Position numbers and translations under genes: made by a program | Shown: positions 38,860 to 52,241 of the stretch, piece after piece | Layout of the letters: every line of letters starts with the position of its first letter | Position numbering within the stretch: the stretch's first letter is position 1 | The notes under the pieces: generated by a model | Told to the model about the DNA's origin: nothing | The model's input: the letters and a program-made list of their open reading frames with translations, nothing else | The model's database searches: none | Source: Selaginella moellendorffii | Lineage: Eukaryota; Plantae; Lycopodiophyta | Direction: 5' to 3' | Length of the DNA stretch: 64,000 nucleotides | Assembly: GCF_000143415.4 (NCBI RefSeq) | Contig: NW_003314281.1 | Coordinates: 1,713,882-1,777,881 of the forward strand

Positions 38860-40500
38860 ATGATCCATTCCTTTTCGCGCAAACGAGCAGCAAGTAGAAG
38901 AATTCCCTTGCAGGATTGCCAAAGTCAACACCCTCGATCGTGGCGCGCTGCTCCACGCCTCGATCCAGAGCTGCGCGCAATGCCGCGACGATCGCACCTC
39001 GCCAATCTCCTCGTTCAGATGTATGCGCGCTGTGGCAACCTCGAGCACGCTCTCTCCTTCTTCGCTGGGGTCTACGATCCCAATTCCTTCTCCTGGAATA
39101 TCCTCCTTTAGGCATATACCCAGAGAGGGCATCTGGACGACGCTCGCCGGGTCTTTCAGAAGATGCCGTCCAAGGACGTGGCAGTGTGGACGGTTATGAT
39201 GAATGCCTACGCTGAGAAGGGCGTTATGGATCTCGCGCAATGTATGTCCTAGAATAGGCCCCTGAGGAACGTGGTGTTGTGGAGCTTTATGATTTGTGCA
39301 TATGCCCAGACCGGGCATTACAGTAAAGCTATGGAGCTCTTTCAAATCATTCACGCTCACGACGAGTACACGTGGACATCTATGATCTCTCGCTACGCTT
39401 AGGCTACGGCTGTGTTCCAGAGCGTCGGTGCAAGAACGGCTAGCTGCCTAGAACGCTATAATTTCGGCATTTGCCCATGCTGGGGATTTCTCCATGGCGA
39501 AAGGTCCCTTTAACGCAATGCCCGCTCGCAATATTGTGTCTTGGAAGAAGCGTGATTTCCCAGACAACTTTGCTGAAAACTTACGCGGACGCATGTAACC
39601 TTAACGAGGCGAAGCGACTGTTTGCGATTATGCCAGAGCGAAGCTCAATTACTTGGAGCGTGATGCTTCAAGCATTTGCACGGTTTGGGCATGTACAAGA
39701 TGGCGAGAGTTTGTTTCAGATCATGCGAGAAACCACACTCGACGATCCCCGTTTCTCGTCAGCCTGGACCAACATGATTGTCTTACACACCGTTCACTGC
39801 CAGAGATAAACGCTGTGGCCTCCTGGAACACCGTGCTCGTTTGATACGCACCCGACGTCCACCACTGCAAAGATTTCTTTGAGAAAATGCCCGGCCACAA
39901 CCTGGTGTCTTACAACACTCTCTTGTCCTCACTGGTCAGCTGCCGATTATCCGAGGAAGCAGTGAAAATCTTCGTCGAAATGCCAGAGATAAACGCTGTG
40001 ACATCCACTGTGATGATGCAAGTTTATGCACAGGAAGGCCAGGGACAACTACGAGACAATGCCGGTGGCGCTCATCACCGTGATCTTGGCGCTCACACGG
40101 CCCAATCCCCGAGAACAACCTTTGGGCGATCTGAAAAGAAGCAGGAGGCCTGGAGCTCGATCATTGCGGCCTATGTCCCTAACGGACGCGTGAGCGAGGC
40201 ACTGGATCTCTTTCGAGAGATGATCTTGCTGGCTTTCAAGCCAGACGAGACCATCTTCACGACAATTCTAGCAGCAGCAGCGAGCCAGCTCGAGCAGTGT
40301 TGCTGAGATTTTTTGGCAGACTTTGGGCTCTCCCAAGATCGAGCATTACTACTGCTTGGTTGACGCTGGAGCGAGCTGGTCAGCTGGAGCAATCCATGCC
40401 ATTTGTTCCACAGCTGGGCTTGTGGACGATTCTTCTGGGTCGAAATGCAAAGGTTGTGGAAATGTCGGCTGGAAAATTGCTGGGTAAGGAGCCATCGGGA
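38860..40500 (+). pseudogene. PPR pseudogene, copy B (inverted relative to copy A)
   Basis: Collinear with 34548..36548 but with frameshifts, deletions and stops (e.g. NILL*AY at ~39109). Confidence 0.9.
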
Positions 40501-43039
40501 TATGACAGCCAACCATCCTAGTCATCCCCGGAGATGCGGGTGTTGTGCCATGTCAGCTGAAAACCTATCCCACCAGCCAAGGCGCAGCATAGGAACACCA
40601 GTATAAAAGAAATGGAGTTGCAAGAAGGGTTAATCCGGGAGAGCCTGAAAGGGCGCTTGCATTTAGTAAATGGGGTCGCTGACCCTTGACCACTTGGCCG
40701 ACCCAGTAGTGCTAAGTCGGTATGGTCAACCCCACCGTGACCTACCGGATAGCGCTTGGTACCCAGGGCGCCCAAGAAGGCCCGATATCTTTTGCAAACA
40801 TTTCTGTGATCTTCCCTTCTAGAATTTCTTGGTGCACCAGGCCTTGAAGTCATATGAGAGGAAACGAATGTTTAGATTCAGACGGTTCTCAATTTCGCGA
40901 TCTCAACCTAATGCTGAAGAGGTCATGGTTGCGTTTTCTTGTAGCTTGTGTGTGTGTTATTCAGTGGAGCTTAGAAGATGGATGAGCTTTATATCATGTA
41001 TCACTTGTTCTGTAGATGACGCTTCGCTCTCTTTCTTTTTCCCAATGATGGAAGGATGGCTCTTTCAGGGGCCTGAGAAAGGATAGACAATTGCGCTCCA
41101 AACATCTAGTGGATAGTAGCTTATGGATAAATAAACATAAACCGTTTTTTTCAAAAATAAAGGTGGCTAAAAAAGTATAAACTAAGATATCTTTTCTCAT
41201 GAACATTTATTGTTTTATTGACGAGCATTTCTTTCCTTTTTCTTCTTATTTAGAGGGAAGAAAGTGGCAACAGACAGTGTGGCACACAGTATCATACTAT
41301 TCATAAAATGGGCTTCCATATGTTTGTATTTTGAAAAAAACTCTCTCTTGCTACCTTGCATGCATACATGGTGAATCCATTTATTGGCCTACACGGGTTT
41401 TCATCTGCTACAAGTATTAGATGGTATATTCCACTAACCCTTGGGCAGCCAAGAATCCAATAGTGAGTTCATATTATGGCTATACCCATCTACCATCATA
41501 TCCTCCATATACATAATTGATATAATTGTTGTCCATTCAAGAAATTTGGGTTTAGGGTTGGGTTTTAATAAAGATGGGGTGAACTGCAATAGTTTTGATT
41601 CTTGCCAAAACAGTAATTGTGCTTTATTTTTCATTTGGCAATTCCAGATGGGAAACTTTAGATATACAAAATATAAAATAATTACGAAAGTGTGAAAATG
41701 ATTACTTAAGGGATACCACATTATTCTAATAGTGAAAAATTCCTATCCTCTTTTCTAAAAACCTTTTTTGGAGAGCTTTCTATTACTTTAACTTGTAACA
41801 AATAAATTTCTTATTCAGGCAAAAGAGGAGAAGTATAATGCATACTTCATAATGGATGAAGATTTAAATGTCTATAAGCAAGTTATTTCTTTTTTGTAGA
41901 TTTAAAGTTTGCCATTTGAAAATATTGAATTAACAATTTTTACTCAAACTTTTAATAAAGCATAAGTATAACTTCAGCAAGGATCAACTATTATAGTGCT
42001 ACAACAATTAAATACCACTTCAAATATCTCTCTTGGACTACCCTCCTTCACCACTTGGACTGAAAGGCATTCTAGCTAATCTAATTTTATGAAGAATCTA
42101 AACTAGCAAATGAAACAAAGTGCCATGAATCTCATCTTACTCTTACAAAAAGTTTATCAAGACTCCTAATAAGATCAGGACTAGAAAATGCAAAAGACAA
42201 GAGAAAAGCTAGTGGAGACAAAGAAAATGCTTTAGATTAGTGTTGATTTAGATTGTGGTGAAATGGAACAAGGCTAGCCTATATATATTATAGGTTGATG
42301 AAGCTCCACCACTCTTGGATCGATGACGGCCTAAATATAATTGAGGTCAAGGAGGTGTCACATCATCATCAGGAATGTAGTTTGAGAATCAAAAATTGTA
42401 TGGGAAATTAAAAAATCAGGAATAAGAAAGTGTCTCAAGAGTCAGAAATGTGGTTTGTAGCTCAGGAATCCAACGAGAGAATGTGGCAAGAATTGAGAGA
42501 TTCCTGATAGTTCTTTTATGATACATTATCATTATTTGTATCCATCTAAACTGCCCATAAAAATAAAAGATTTCTCATGTTTATCACTCTTAGGAATATC
42601 TAGTAAATTTCCTTGTCACCATCCTTAACTTTATTACCATTAAGCTGGATTCTCAAGCATATTCCCACATAGTGCTCAATGGAATATACTAGGGAATCTG
42701 GTACTTCCAACAATCTGCTGCATGAACTCCATGTGTTCGATTTTATGAATAGCATGCCATAATTTCACACACAGCTAGTACCTAAAGATCTCATATCAGA
42801 CTCTTGTCTTTCATTGGAAACTTCAGTTTTTTTTTACTCTAAAGCTCAAATCAACTTGTTTGTAGATTAAGCAAGGACCTAGTCAAGAGCAATATTTTCT
42901 TCCAAATAACACCCTCAAAACTTGAGACTTTGAGAGTATGTCCATGCAAGTTAAGGGCACGTATCAGAGTAGAGCAATCCACTATTTTTCTCGACTCTGG
43001 TTTAGAATCCCACAGCTCAACATCCAGATTATTTAGATC

Positions 43040-43706
43040 ATTTGTGGAGAGTCTTGTGTCTCTAGCCATATCTAGTAAAATACAAGGAAACGTATTACCT
43101 TCTCCATAGTTTTTCTTTCTCTATGAAGATTCAACATTCTCCTTTTGGTTTCAGCTGGTGGTTTCCATAGCCCTCATCTGAAAAAAGCTGAATACATGTA
43201 ATAAGTGCCACATTTGAGGCCCTTTGATTAGAACTACATTGTGTTCACTCGTGGAAAACTAATGGAACTCAAAAGAAAACTCATGGAACTGAAGAGCAAA
43301 AATGCTTACGCATCTCCAGCAGCGACTTCTCTGTAAGTTTCGATCAAGTATCCCCTTATCTCCAAGTTGTCCATCCCTCGGTTTAATTGCCAATACAGCA
43401 GAGCAAGGTCTATGTGAGATGCAGATGCAAAGTGGAGGAGTGGAATCCAAAACGTGAGGAAGGAATTGATGTCGAGCAGGACCATGTTGAGATCAGAGTG
43501 CAGTTCGTGACACTGAATCCTGGGAGCTTGATGAAGAGATAATCCTTGTACAAGTGAACCTCCGAATCCAGAGACGAAGTTCTTACGTTTGTAATTAGAA
43601 GAAGGAAAATGAAAAGCTTATTGATCGACTCTGTTTGATCTGAGGAGCTCCAATGCGGCCTGGCAGACTCAAGGGTGGAAGATGAATTCGTCCAGAGAAG
43701 AAGCAA
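43040..43706. pseudogene. Thioesterase 3' fragment (+) and PhyH internal fragment (-); second copy at ~48540-49580
   Basis: LYKDYLFIKLPGFSVTNC (43410..43706) and VRLYQDYLFIKLPGFSVTNC / DNLEIRGYLIETYRELAAGDA (49188..49456) with frameshifts; CTGGTGGTTTCCATAG thioesterase last-exon remnant. Confidence 0.8.
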
Positions 43707-43862
43707 CCGGACTCTAGTGAGATATAAGGGTGGAAATTAAGAGATGTTTAATAAAACTCCCTTTTTTCAAAACTTTAAACACACATTTTCATCCCTTAAG
43801 CTTGTAAAAAAGGAAATATTTTAGGTTTTCATTTGTCCTTTTCAGTAGAGAAGCCAATAGTG

Positions 43863-44440
43863 ATGCCAAACAAGAGCAACAAGGTGTACAAGAAGCTTTA
43901 TCTTCTCCAAAACTACCCACTGTTTTGGTCTTCATCCTCCCAACAAAGTGGCCTCCAGTTTGAAAGCATGGATGAGTTGAAGATGTACTTGAAACAATAG
44001 CACCTAACCTGTATGAAATGCAATCATGATGAGTGCAGCAACTTTTACTACTTTAACAATAATAACATCAGCTAGCCAAGGTATCACTGCAATCTGTGCA
44101 AGAAAAAATTCACTTATGGTGGAAAAACAAGACCAACCTACATGAAACGGCCAAGGTCAAGCAACACTTAGGAAGTCGATAGGGCACATGAGAACAAGAA
44201 GCTCAAGTGCACTCCAGTTGAATATGAGACAAGGAAGGGTTCACTAGTCGAAGCGAAGCAAAGTGGTCAACAGGCCAATAAAGTTGGGTGGTGATTCGGG
44301 TGGAGGACATGGAAGATTTTGACATGGATGACCTGGAGGTGGCTAGAATCATGGCGCTGGTCGAGGAGAATGAAGTCCCAAGCGAGGAGGAACACATCCC
44401 TCTTGTGTTCCCTGAGGTGGTGGAAATTGTAGTGAGTGAC
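43863..44440 (+). pseudogene. Divergent Dof-like zinc-finger gene, copy 1 (truncated)
   Basis: CMKCNHDECSNFYYFNNNNIS*PRYHCNLCKKKFTYGGKTR at ~44010-44133, followed by an acidic region. Confidence 0.7.
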
Positions 44441-44713
44441 GAATGCCGAACTTGGTTTCTTGCAAATGTTCCATCTCCACCAAAGAGCTTCTTCTCTGGA
44501 CGAATTCGTCTGAGTCTGCTCCTGAGAAGCTTAATCTCAGCACTGGAGACCAATCCCCGGATGCAAACATGCGAATTGCATTAATCGCAGCTGCTGCTCC
44601 AGCGTCTTTTCCCAGAGCCAACATTCGCGTGGCCGAGGAGGGAAGAACAGCTCCAAACCATAGCACACAGGAGCCCTAAATTCAAATGTGAGGGAATTGG
44701 CAAGTTTGGATGG

Positions 44714-46370
44714 ATGATCCATTCCTCCTCTCTTCCTTCTCGCGCAAACGAGCAGCAAGTAGAAGATTTTGCTCGCAGGATTGCCAATGTCAAGACCCTC
44801 GATCGCGGCGCGCTGCTCCACGCCTCGATCCAGAGCTGCGCGCAATGCCGCGACGATCGCTACCTCGCCAATCTCCTCGTCCAGATGTACGCACGCTGCG
44901 GCAGCCTCGAGCGTGCCCTCTCCGTCTTTGCCGGGATCAAAGATCCCAATTCCTTCTCCTGGAATATCCTCCTCCAGGCATATGCCCAGAGGGGGCATCT
45001 GGATGACGCTCGCCGGGTCTTTGACAGAATGCCGTCTAAGGACGTGGCAGCGTGGACGGCTATGGTGAATGCGTACGCTGAGAACGGCGTTATGGATCTC
45101 GCGCAATGTATGCCCTAGAATAGGCCTGTGAGGAACATGGTGTTGTGGAACTTTAGGATTTTTGCATATGCCCAGACTGGGCATTACAGTAAAGCTATGG
45201 AGCTCTTTCAAATTATGCACGCTCACGACGAGTACGTGGACAGCTATGATCCCTCGCTACGCTTAAGCTGTGGCTGTGTTCCAGAGCGTCGGTGCAAGAA
45301 CGTTAGCTGTCGGCATTTGCCCAGGCTGGGGATGTCTCCCTGGCGAAAGATCCCTTTAACGCAATGCCTGCTCGCAATATTGTGTCGTGGAAGAAGCGTG
45401 AGTACCTAGACAACTATGCTGAAAACTTACGCGGACGCATGTAACCTTAACGAGGCGAAGCGACTGTTTGCGATTATGCCAGAGCGAAGCTCAATTACCT
45501 GGAGCGTGATACTTCAAGCATTTGCACAGTTTGGGCATGTACAAGATGGCGAGAGTTTGTTTCAGATCATGCGAGAAACCACACTCGACGATCCCAGTTT
45601 CTCGTCAGCCTGGACCAACATGATTGTCTTATACGCCGTTCACTCCAAGACCGACAAAGCTCGAGCAGTGTTTGATGCTTTGGCGTGCCTGGACATGGCC
45701 TCCTGGAACACCGTGCCCGCTTGATACGCACCCGACGTCCATCACTGCAAAGATTTCTTTGAGCAAATGCCCGGCCACAACCTGGTGTCTTACAACACTC
45801 TCTTGTCCTCACTGGTCAGCTGCCGATTATCCGAGGAAGCAGTGAAAATCTTCGTCGAAATGCCAGAGATAAACGCTGTGACATCCACTGTGATGATGCA
45901 AGTTTATGCACAGGAAGGCCAAGGACAACTACGACACAATGCCGGTGGGGCTCATCACCGTGATCTTGGCGCTCGCACAGAGAACAACCTTTGGGCGATT
46001 TGAAAAGAAGCAGGAGGTCTGGAGCTCGATCATTGCGGCCTATGTCTTTAACGGACGCATGAGCGAGGCACTGGATCTCTTTCGAGAGATGATCTTGCTG
46101 GCTTTCAAGCCTGACGAGACCATCTTCACGACAATTCTAGCAGCAGCAGCGAGCCAGCTCGAGCAGTGTTGCTGAGATTTTTTGGCAGACTTTGGGATCT
46201 CTCCCAAGATCGAGCATTACTACTGCTTTGGTTGACGCTGGAGTGAGCTGGTCAGCTGGAGCAATCCATGCCATTTGTTCCACAGCTGGGCTTGTGGACG
46301 ATTCTTCTGGGTCGAAATGCAAAGGTTGTGGAAATGTCGGCTCGAAAATTGCTGGGTAAGGAGTCATCGG
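44714..46370 (+). pseudogene. PPR pseudogene, copy C, preceded by a PhyH 5' fragment (44440-44665, -)
   Basis: First ~90 codons are identical in translation to copy A, then a stop at 45118 and further lesions shared with copy B. Confidence 0.9.
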
Positions 46371-49300
46371 GATAATGCCAGCTTGACAGCCAACCATCCT
46401 AGTCATCCCCGGAGATGCGGGTGTTGTGCCATGTAAGCTGAAAACCTATCCCACCAGCCAAGGCGCAGTAGAGAAACACCAGTATAAAAGAAATGGAGTT
46501 GCAAGAATGGTTAATCCGGGAGAGCCTGAAAGGGCGCTTGCATCCCTCGGGTTGCTTAGTAAATGGGGTCGCTGACCCTTGACCACTTGGCCCCCCTCGT
46601 CGGTGACCCAGTAGTGCTAAGTCGGTATGGTCAACCCCACCGTGACCTACCGGATAGCGCTTGGTACCCAGGGCGCCCAAGGAGGCCCGATATCTTTTGC
46701 AAACATTTCTGTGATCTTCCTTTCTGGAATTTCTTGGTGCGCCAGGCCTTGAAAGTCATATGAGAGGAAACGAATGTTTGGATTCAGACGGTTCTCTATT
46801 TCGCGATCTCAACCTAATGCTGCAGAGGTCACGCTTGCGTTTTCTTGTAGCTTGTGTGTGTGAAGGAAAATTCTTTGTTTTTCTTTGTTCTTGAAGGCTT
46901 ATTCAGTGGAGCTTAGAAGATGGATGAGTTTTATATCATGTAACTCGTTCTGTAGATGACGCTTCGCTCTCTGTCTTTTTCCCAATGATGGAAGGTTGGC
47001 TCTTTCAGGGGCCTGAGAAAGGATAGACACTTGTGCTCCAAACATCTAGTGGATAGTAGCTTATGGATAAATAAACATAAACCGTTTTTTTTTCAAAAAA
47101 TAAAGGTGGCTAAAAAACTAAGATATCTTTTGTCATGAACATTTATTGTGGAGCATTTCTTTCCTTTTTCTTCTTATTTAGAGGGAAGAAAGTGGCAGCA
47201 GACAGTGTGGCACACGGTGTCATACTATTCTGTATTTTGAAAAAAACTCTCTCTTGCTACCCTTGCATGCATGCATGGTGAATCCATTTATTGGCCTACA
47301 CTAATTTTCATCCACTACAAATAGTATATTCCACTAAACCTTGGGCAGCCAAGATTCCAATTGTGAGTTTATATTATAGCTATACCCATCTATCATCATA
47401 TCCTTCATATACATAATTGATATAGTTGTTGTCCATTCAAAAAAATTGGGTCTAGGGTTGGGGTTTTGACAAAGATGGGGTGAACTACAATAGTTTTTAT
47501 TCTTGCCAAAACAGTAACTATGCTTTATCTTTCATTTGGCAATTCCAGATGGGAAACTTTAGATTTACAAAATATAAAACAATTACAGAAGTGTGAAAAT
47601 GATTACTTAGGGGATACCACATTATTCTAATAGTGAAAAATTCCTATCCTCTTTTCTAAAGACCTTTTTTGGAGAGCCTTCTATTCCTTTGACTTGTAAC
47701 AAATAAATTTCTTATTCAGGCAAAAGAGAAAAAGTATAATGCATACTTCATAGTGGATGAAGATTTGAATGTCCATAGGCAAGTTATTTCTTTTTTGTAG
47801 ATTTAAAGTTTGCCATTTGAAAATATTGAATTAACGGTTTTTACTCAGACTTTTAATAAAGCACAATTACAACTTCAGCAAGGATCAACTGTTATGGTGC
47901 TACAACAATTAAATACCACTTCAAATACCTCTATTGGACTACCCTCTTTCGCCACTTTGACTAGCAGTGCATTGAAAAGTATTCTAGCTAATCTAATTTT
48001 AAGAAGAATCTAAACTAGCAAATAAAACAGATTATTCACGAATCTTACCTTGCTCTTACAAAAAGCCCACATCTTGTTCTTTTATGATACCTTGTCACTA
48101 TTTATATGCATCTAAACTACCCGTAACAATAGAAGATTTCTCATGTTTATCACTCTTAGGAATATCTAGTAAAATTCCTTGTCACCATCCTTAACTCTAT
48201 TACCGGTACTTCCAACAATCTGCTACGTGAACTACATGTGTTCATAGAGATATATGGATTTTATGAATAGCATGCCATAATTTCACACACAGCTAGTACC
48301 TAAAGATCTCATATCAGACTCTTGTCTTTCACTGGAAACTTCAGTTTTTTCTTACTCTAAAGCTCAAATCAACTTGTTTGTAGATTAAGGACATAGTCAA
48401 GAACAATATTTTCTTCCAAATAACACCCTCAAAGCTTGAGACTTTGAGAGTATGTCCATGCAAGTTAAGGGACGTATCAGAGTAGAGCAATCCACTATCG
48501 CAATGGATTTTCTCAACTCTGGTTTAGAATCCCACAGCTCAACATCCAGACTATTTAGATCATTTGTAAGTTAGTGATCATACTTTAGCAACAATTATAC
48601 TTCTGTCAAAGTGAATGACTGACAACTCTTTTTGGTACTATGGTTATAGATGGAGAGTCCTGTGTCTCTAGCCATATCTAGTAAAATACAAGTAAACGTA
48701 TTACCTTCTCCATAGTTTTTCTTTCTCTATGAAGATTCAACATTCTCATTTTGGTTTCAGCTGGTGGTTTCCATAGCCCTCATCTGAAAAAAAGCTGAAT
48801 ACATGTAACAAGTGCCACATTTGAGGCCCTTTGATTAGAACTACATTGTGTTCACTCGTTTTTGCCTAAAGAACAAAGAGAAAAGAGGATGAGATAAAAC
48901 CATCACAAAGACAATACCATATTAAACAAAGCCATTGTTGTAAAGCAGAGGAAGGCACTTGTGTTGAACAACTTGGCCTACTTTTAAGTCCTTCTACCAG
49001 CCTACAAATCTTACGAGGTCTTCATTCTGAACTTTCCTCCTCTGTGATCGTGATCTTGAGATAAAAAGAATGCTGAGCATGTGCACTCCATCGCCAAAGT
49101 AATCCTGGATTCACAGAGATATAGTTTAACTCATGGAAAACTAATGGAACTCAAAAGAAAACTCATGGAACTCAAGAGCAAAAATGCTTATGCATCTCCA
49201 GCAGCGAGTTCTCTGTAAGTTTCAATCAAGTATCCCCTTATCTCCAAGTTGTCCATCCCTCGGTTTAATTGCCAATACAGCAGAGCAAGGTCTGTGTGAG

Positions 49301-49732
49301 ATGCGGATGCAAAGTGGAGTAGTGAATGGAGTGGAATCCAAAACGTGAGGAAGGAATTGATGTCGAGCAGGACCATATTGAGATCAGAGTGCAGTTTGTG
49401 ACACTGAATCCTGGGAGCTTGATGAAGAGATAATCCTGGTACAAGCGAACCTCCAAATCCAGAGACGAAGTTCTTACGTTTGTAATTAGAAGAAGGAAAA
49501 CGAAAAGCTTATCGATCGACTCTGTTTGATCCGAGGAGCTCCAATGCGGCCTGGCAGACTCGAGGGTGGAAGACAGAGAAGAAGCAACCGGACTCTAGTG
49601 AGATATAAGGGTGGAAATTAAAACATGTTTAATAAAACTCCCTTTTCTCAAAACTTTAAACACAGATTTCATCCTTTAAGCTTGTAAAAAAGGCAATATT
49701 TTAGGTTTTCACTTGTCCTTTCAGCAGTAGTG

Positions 49733-50616
49733 ATGCCAAACAAGAGTAGCAAAGTGTACAAAGAGCTCCATCTTCTCCAGAACTACCCACTATTTTGGTC
49801 TTCATCCGTGGCCTCCAGTTTGGAAGCATGAATGAATTGAAGATGTACCTAAAACAGTAGCACCCAACCTATATGAAATGCAATCACAGTGAGTGAAGCA
49901 ACTTTGACTACTTCAACAATGATAACATTGGCCAGCCAAGGTATCGCTGCAATCTGTGCACGAAAAAATTCACTTATGGTGGAAAAACAAAACCAACCTA
50001 CATGAAGCAGCCAAGGTCAAGCAGCACTCAAGAAGTCGACATGGCACATGAGAACAAGAAACTCAAGTGCACTCCAGTTGAAGACGAGATGAGGAAGGGT
50101 TTGCTGGTGGACAAAAGTCAAGTGAAGCAGAGTGGTCAACAGGCCGATAAAGCTGGGGCGGTGATCCGGGCGGAGGACATGGAAGATTTTGACATGGATG
50201 ACCTGGAGGTGGCTAGAATCATGGCACTGGTCGAGGAGAATGATGTCCCAAGCAAGGAGGAACACATCCCTCTTGTGTTCCCTGAGGTGGCGGAAATTGA
50301 AGTGAGTGACAAAGAGATGACTGAAATTTTGTCATAAAATCTTGAGGACGTGGATGATGAGGAGATGCTAGATCTTGCGTTTGAGGAGGTTTTTGAGCAG
50401 CCAGAACATGAGGGCTTGGTGGAAATTCAAATTGGCAATGGGGAAACGAGCCAAATCCTCCAAAAGAATGTGGACAATGAAGATCTTGTGCTTGAGGGGG
50501 ATTCTCAGGAGGAGCAGGCAAAGGCAATGGAGGGGGACATTGATTTTGCTCTTGAGCTTGAACAAGATCTCGAGCCCGAAGAAGATAAGCGAAAAGAGGA
50601 ATCCATGATACTCTAG
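49733..50616 (+). pseudogene. Divergent Dof-like zinc-finger gene with long acidic C-terminus, copy 2
   Basis: YMKCNHSE*SNFDYFNNDNIGQPRYRCNLCTKKFTYGGKTK, then the D/E-rich ORFs 50002..50337 and 50350..50616 separated by a stop. Confidence 0.7.
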
Positions 50617-51049
50617 AAAATGGAATTGGAGAAAGCTAAATGTAGTGGTATTTTTAATTTCAAATCAAATCTGCAAGGTAATATTTTTTGTTGATTGAAT
50701 CAATAATTAAATCAATACAATCAGGATAGAAAAAAGAAAACAAATACTTCCATGTTTAATAACATTAGATCGAAATACCACTTTTTTGAATTAAAGATGA
50801 TGTTCACAACAAGAATTTTCCACTGTCCTGAAATCAGGAAGTAGTCTTATTGGCTTGGGCATGTATCAAAACCTTGCTTCCAGATCTAAGATGTGACTTT
50901 TTATTTGAAAGAAGTCCAATCTACTCATGCATACAATACTTTAATACTTTGTTTATGTTTCCGTTTTCACTGTGCTGGACAGCGGCAAGATTGGGTCCTT
51001 GGCCTTCTTTTCCGCAAGCCTCCAAACGCATTGGAGCCATGGTTACCAT

Positions 51050-51905
51050 TTTCTTTTGATGGTACGAACTGCAAGTGAAGTATCTGGAGGTAGCGTTTTA
51101 CTCCCGTGAGTCCCAAAATATCCACGGACACAAAGTACCGCCTCTAAATGCTCTGTCTAGCAAAGTAAAAACCAGTTGACGTTTTGACAAAACAAAACCA
51201 AGCATACCTTCTCAGAACACAACGCGACATATGGTAAAACCAGCATTGCCATTTTCCCTGTCGCCAGCACTCTTTTTAACATCAAAATTCTCCAACAAGA
51301 CTCGTTCCTGCACTGTCAAAAGTTTTACGGATTACCATAAAAGAAAACTAATCTCAAGCACCTTGTCGAAAGTAGGCACTAAAATCACAAACAGTTAGAT
51401 TACCTGCCATTGATACAGTCTTCTAACCCCTTTCCGAAAGTATCCTTCACATAATTCAGCCGGAAGCCAATTGGACAACTTCTCACCGGAGACTGAGGAC
51501 GACAGATCGTTCACGATTGCCTTTCCTTCGTCAATGGGAGCTGCAGCAGCTTCTTTGCCAACGTTGTCATGACTCGCAAAGTCGAAGGTAGCAGAGAGTT
51601 CAATAAACTCGGGCCGTCAACGACTTCACTTTCGAGCAGTCACCTTTCTTGCTCCCAAGGACGTGTATTGCCTCGTCCCAGAAGCTATCTCCTGGTGATA
51701 CATACTCGTCGAGTAGCCACTTCGGAGTGGGATCACCATTTCCAGCGCTTGCATGAGGAGTGCATGGTAGCTTCTTCGCACTGTGCTGAAAGGGCGGTAA
51801 TTGTCTGTCAGCCACTTTAACCATTTCAGCCACTCGTTCCACTTCGTTGCACTGAGAGAAATCGCCATCTCGTTTCTCAAAGCTTTGCTTTGAAGAGACG
51901 TCCAT
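51050..51905 (-). pseudogene. TEB: Fragment of DNA polymerase theta/TEBICHI (POLQ-HELQ helicase N-terminus)
   Basis: SPGDSFWDEAIHV, LSNWLPAELCEGYFRKGVRRLYQWQ|, LMLKRVLATGKMAMLVLPYVALCSEK|, EHLEAVL..VRGYFGTHGSKTLPPDTSLAV. Introns retained, frameshifts, an exon missing. Confidence 0.8.
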
Positions 51906-52169
51906 CTTCTCGGCAGAAATGGTTGAAGTGGCTGACAGACAATTACCACCCTTTCAGCACAGTGCGAAAAAGCTACCATGCACTCCACTGGAAATGGTGA
52001 TCCCACTCCGAAGTGGCTACTCGACGAGTATGTATCACCAGGAGATAGCTTCTGGGACGAGGCAATACACGTCCTTGGGAGCAAGAAAGGTGACTGCTCG
52101 GAAGTGAAGTCACTGACGGCCCGAGTTTATTGAACTCTCCGCTACCTTCGACTTTGCGAGTCATGACAA
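51564..52169. repeat. Near-perfect long inverted repeat (arms 51564-51827 and 51916-52169, ~88-nt loop)
   Basis: Arms are reverse complements with a few substitutions and one 10-nt indel; mirrored ORFs 51569..51820(+) and 51973..52164(-). Confidence 0.97.
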
Positions 52170-52241
52170 ATGAAGAAAACGAGAAGAAATCCTGGCGATC
52201 TGTCTCCAGTAAGTGACGATGATCTCTTTTCTTTCATTCCT

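Larger units (their letters stand above)
38750..50310 (+). repeat. Direct tandem segmental duplication, unit ~5.8 kb (38750-44440 vs 44600-50310)
   Basis: Same order in both units: PPR pseudogene, GC-rich element, AT-rich spacer (41434.. vs 47335..), thioesterase 3' fragment, PhyH fragment, Dof-like ORF. Confidence 0.92.
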
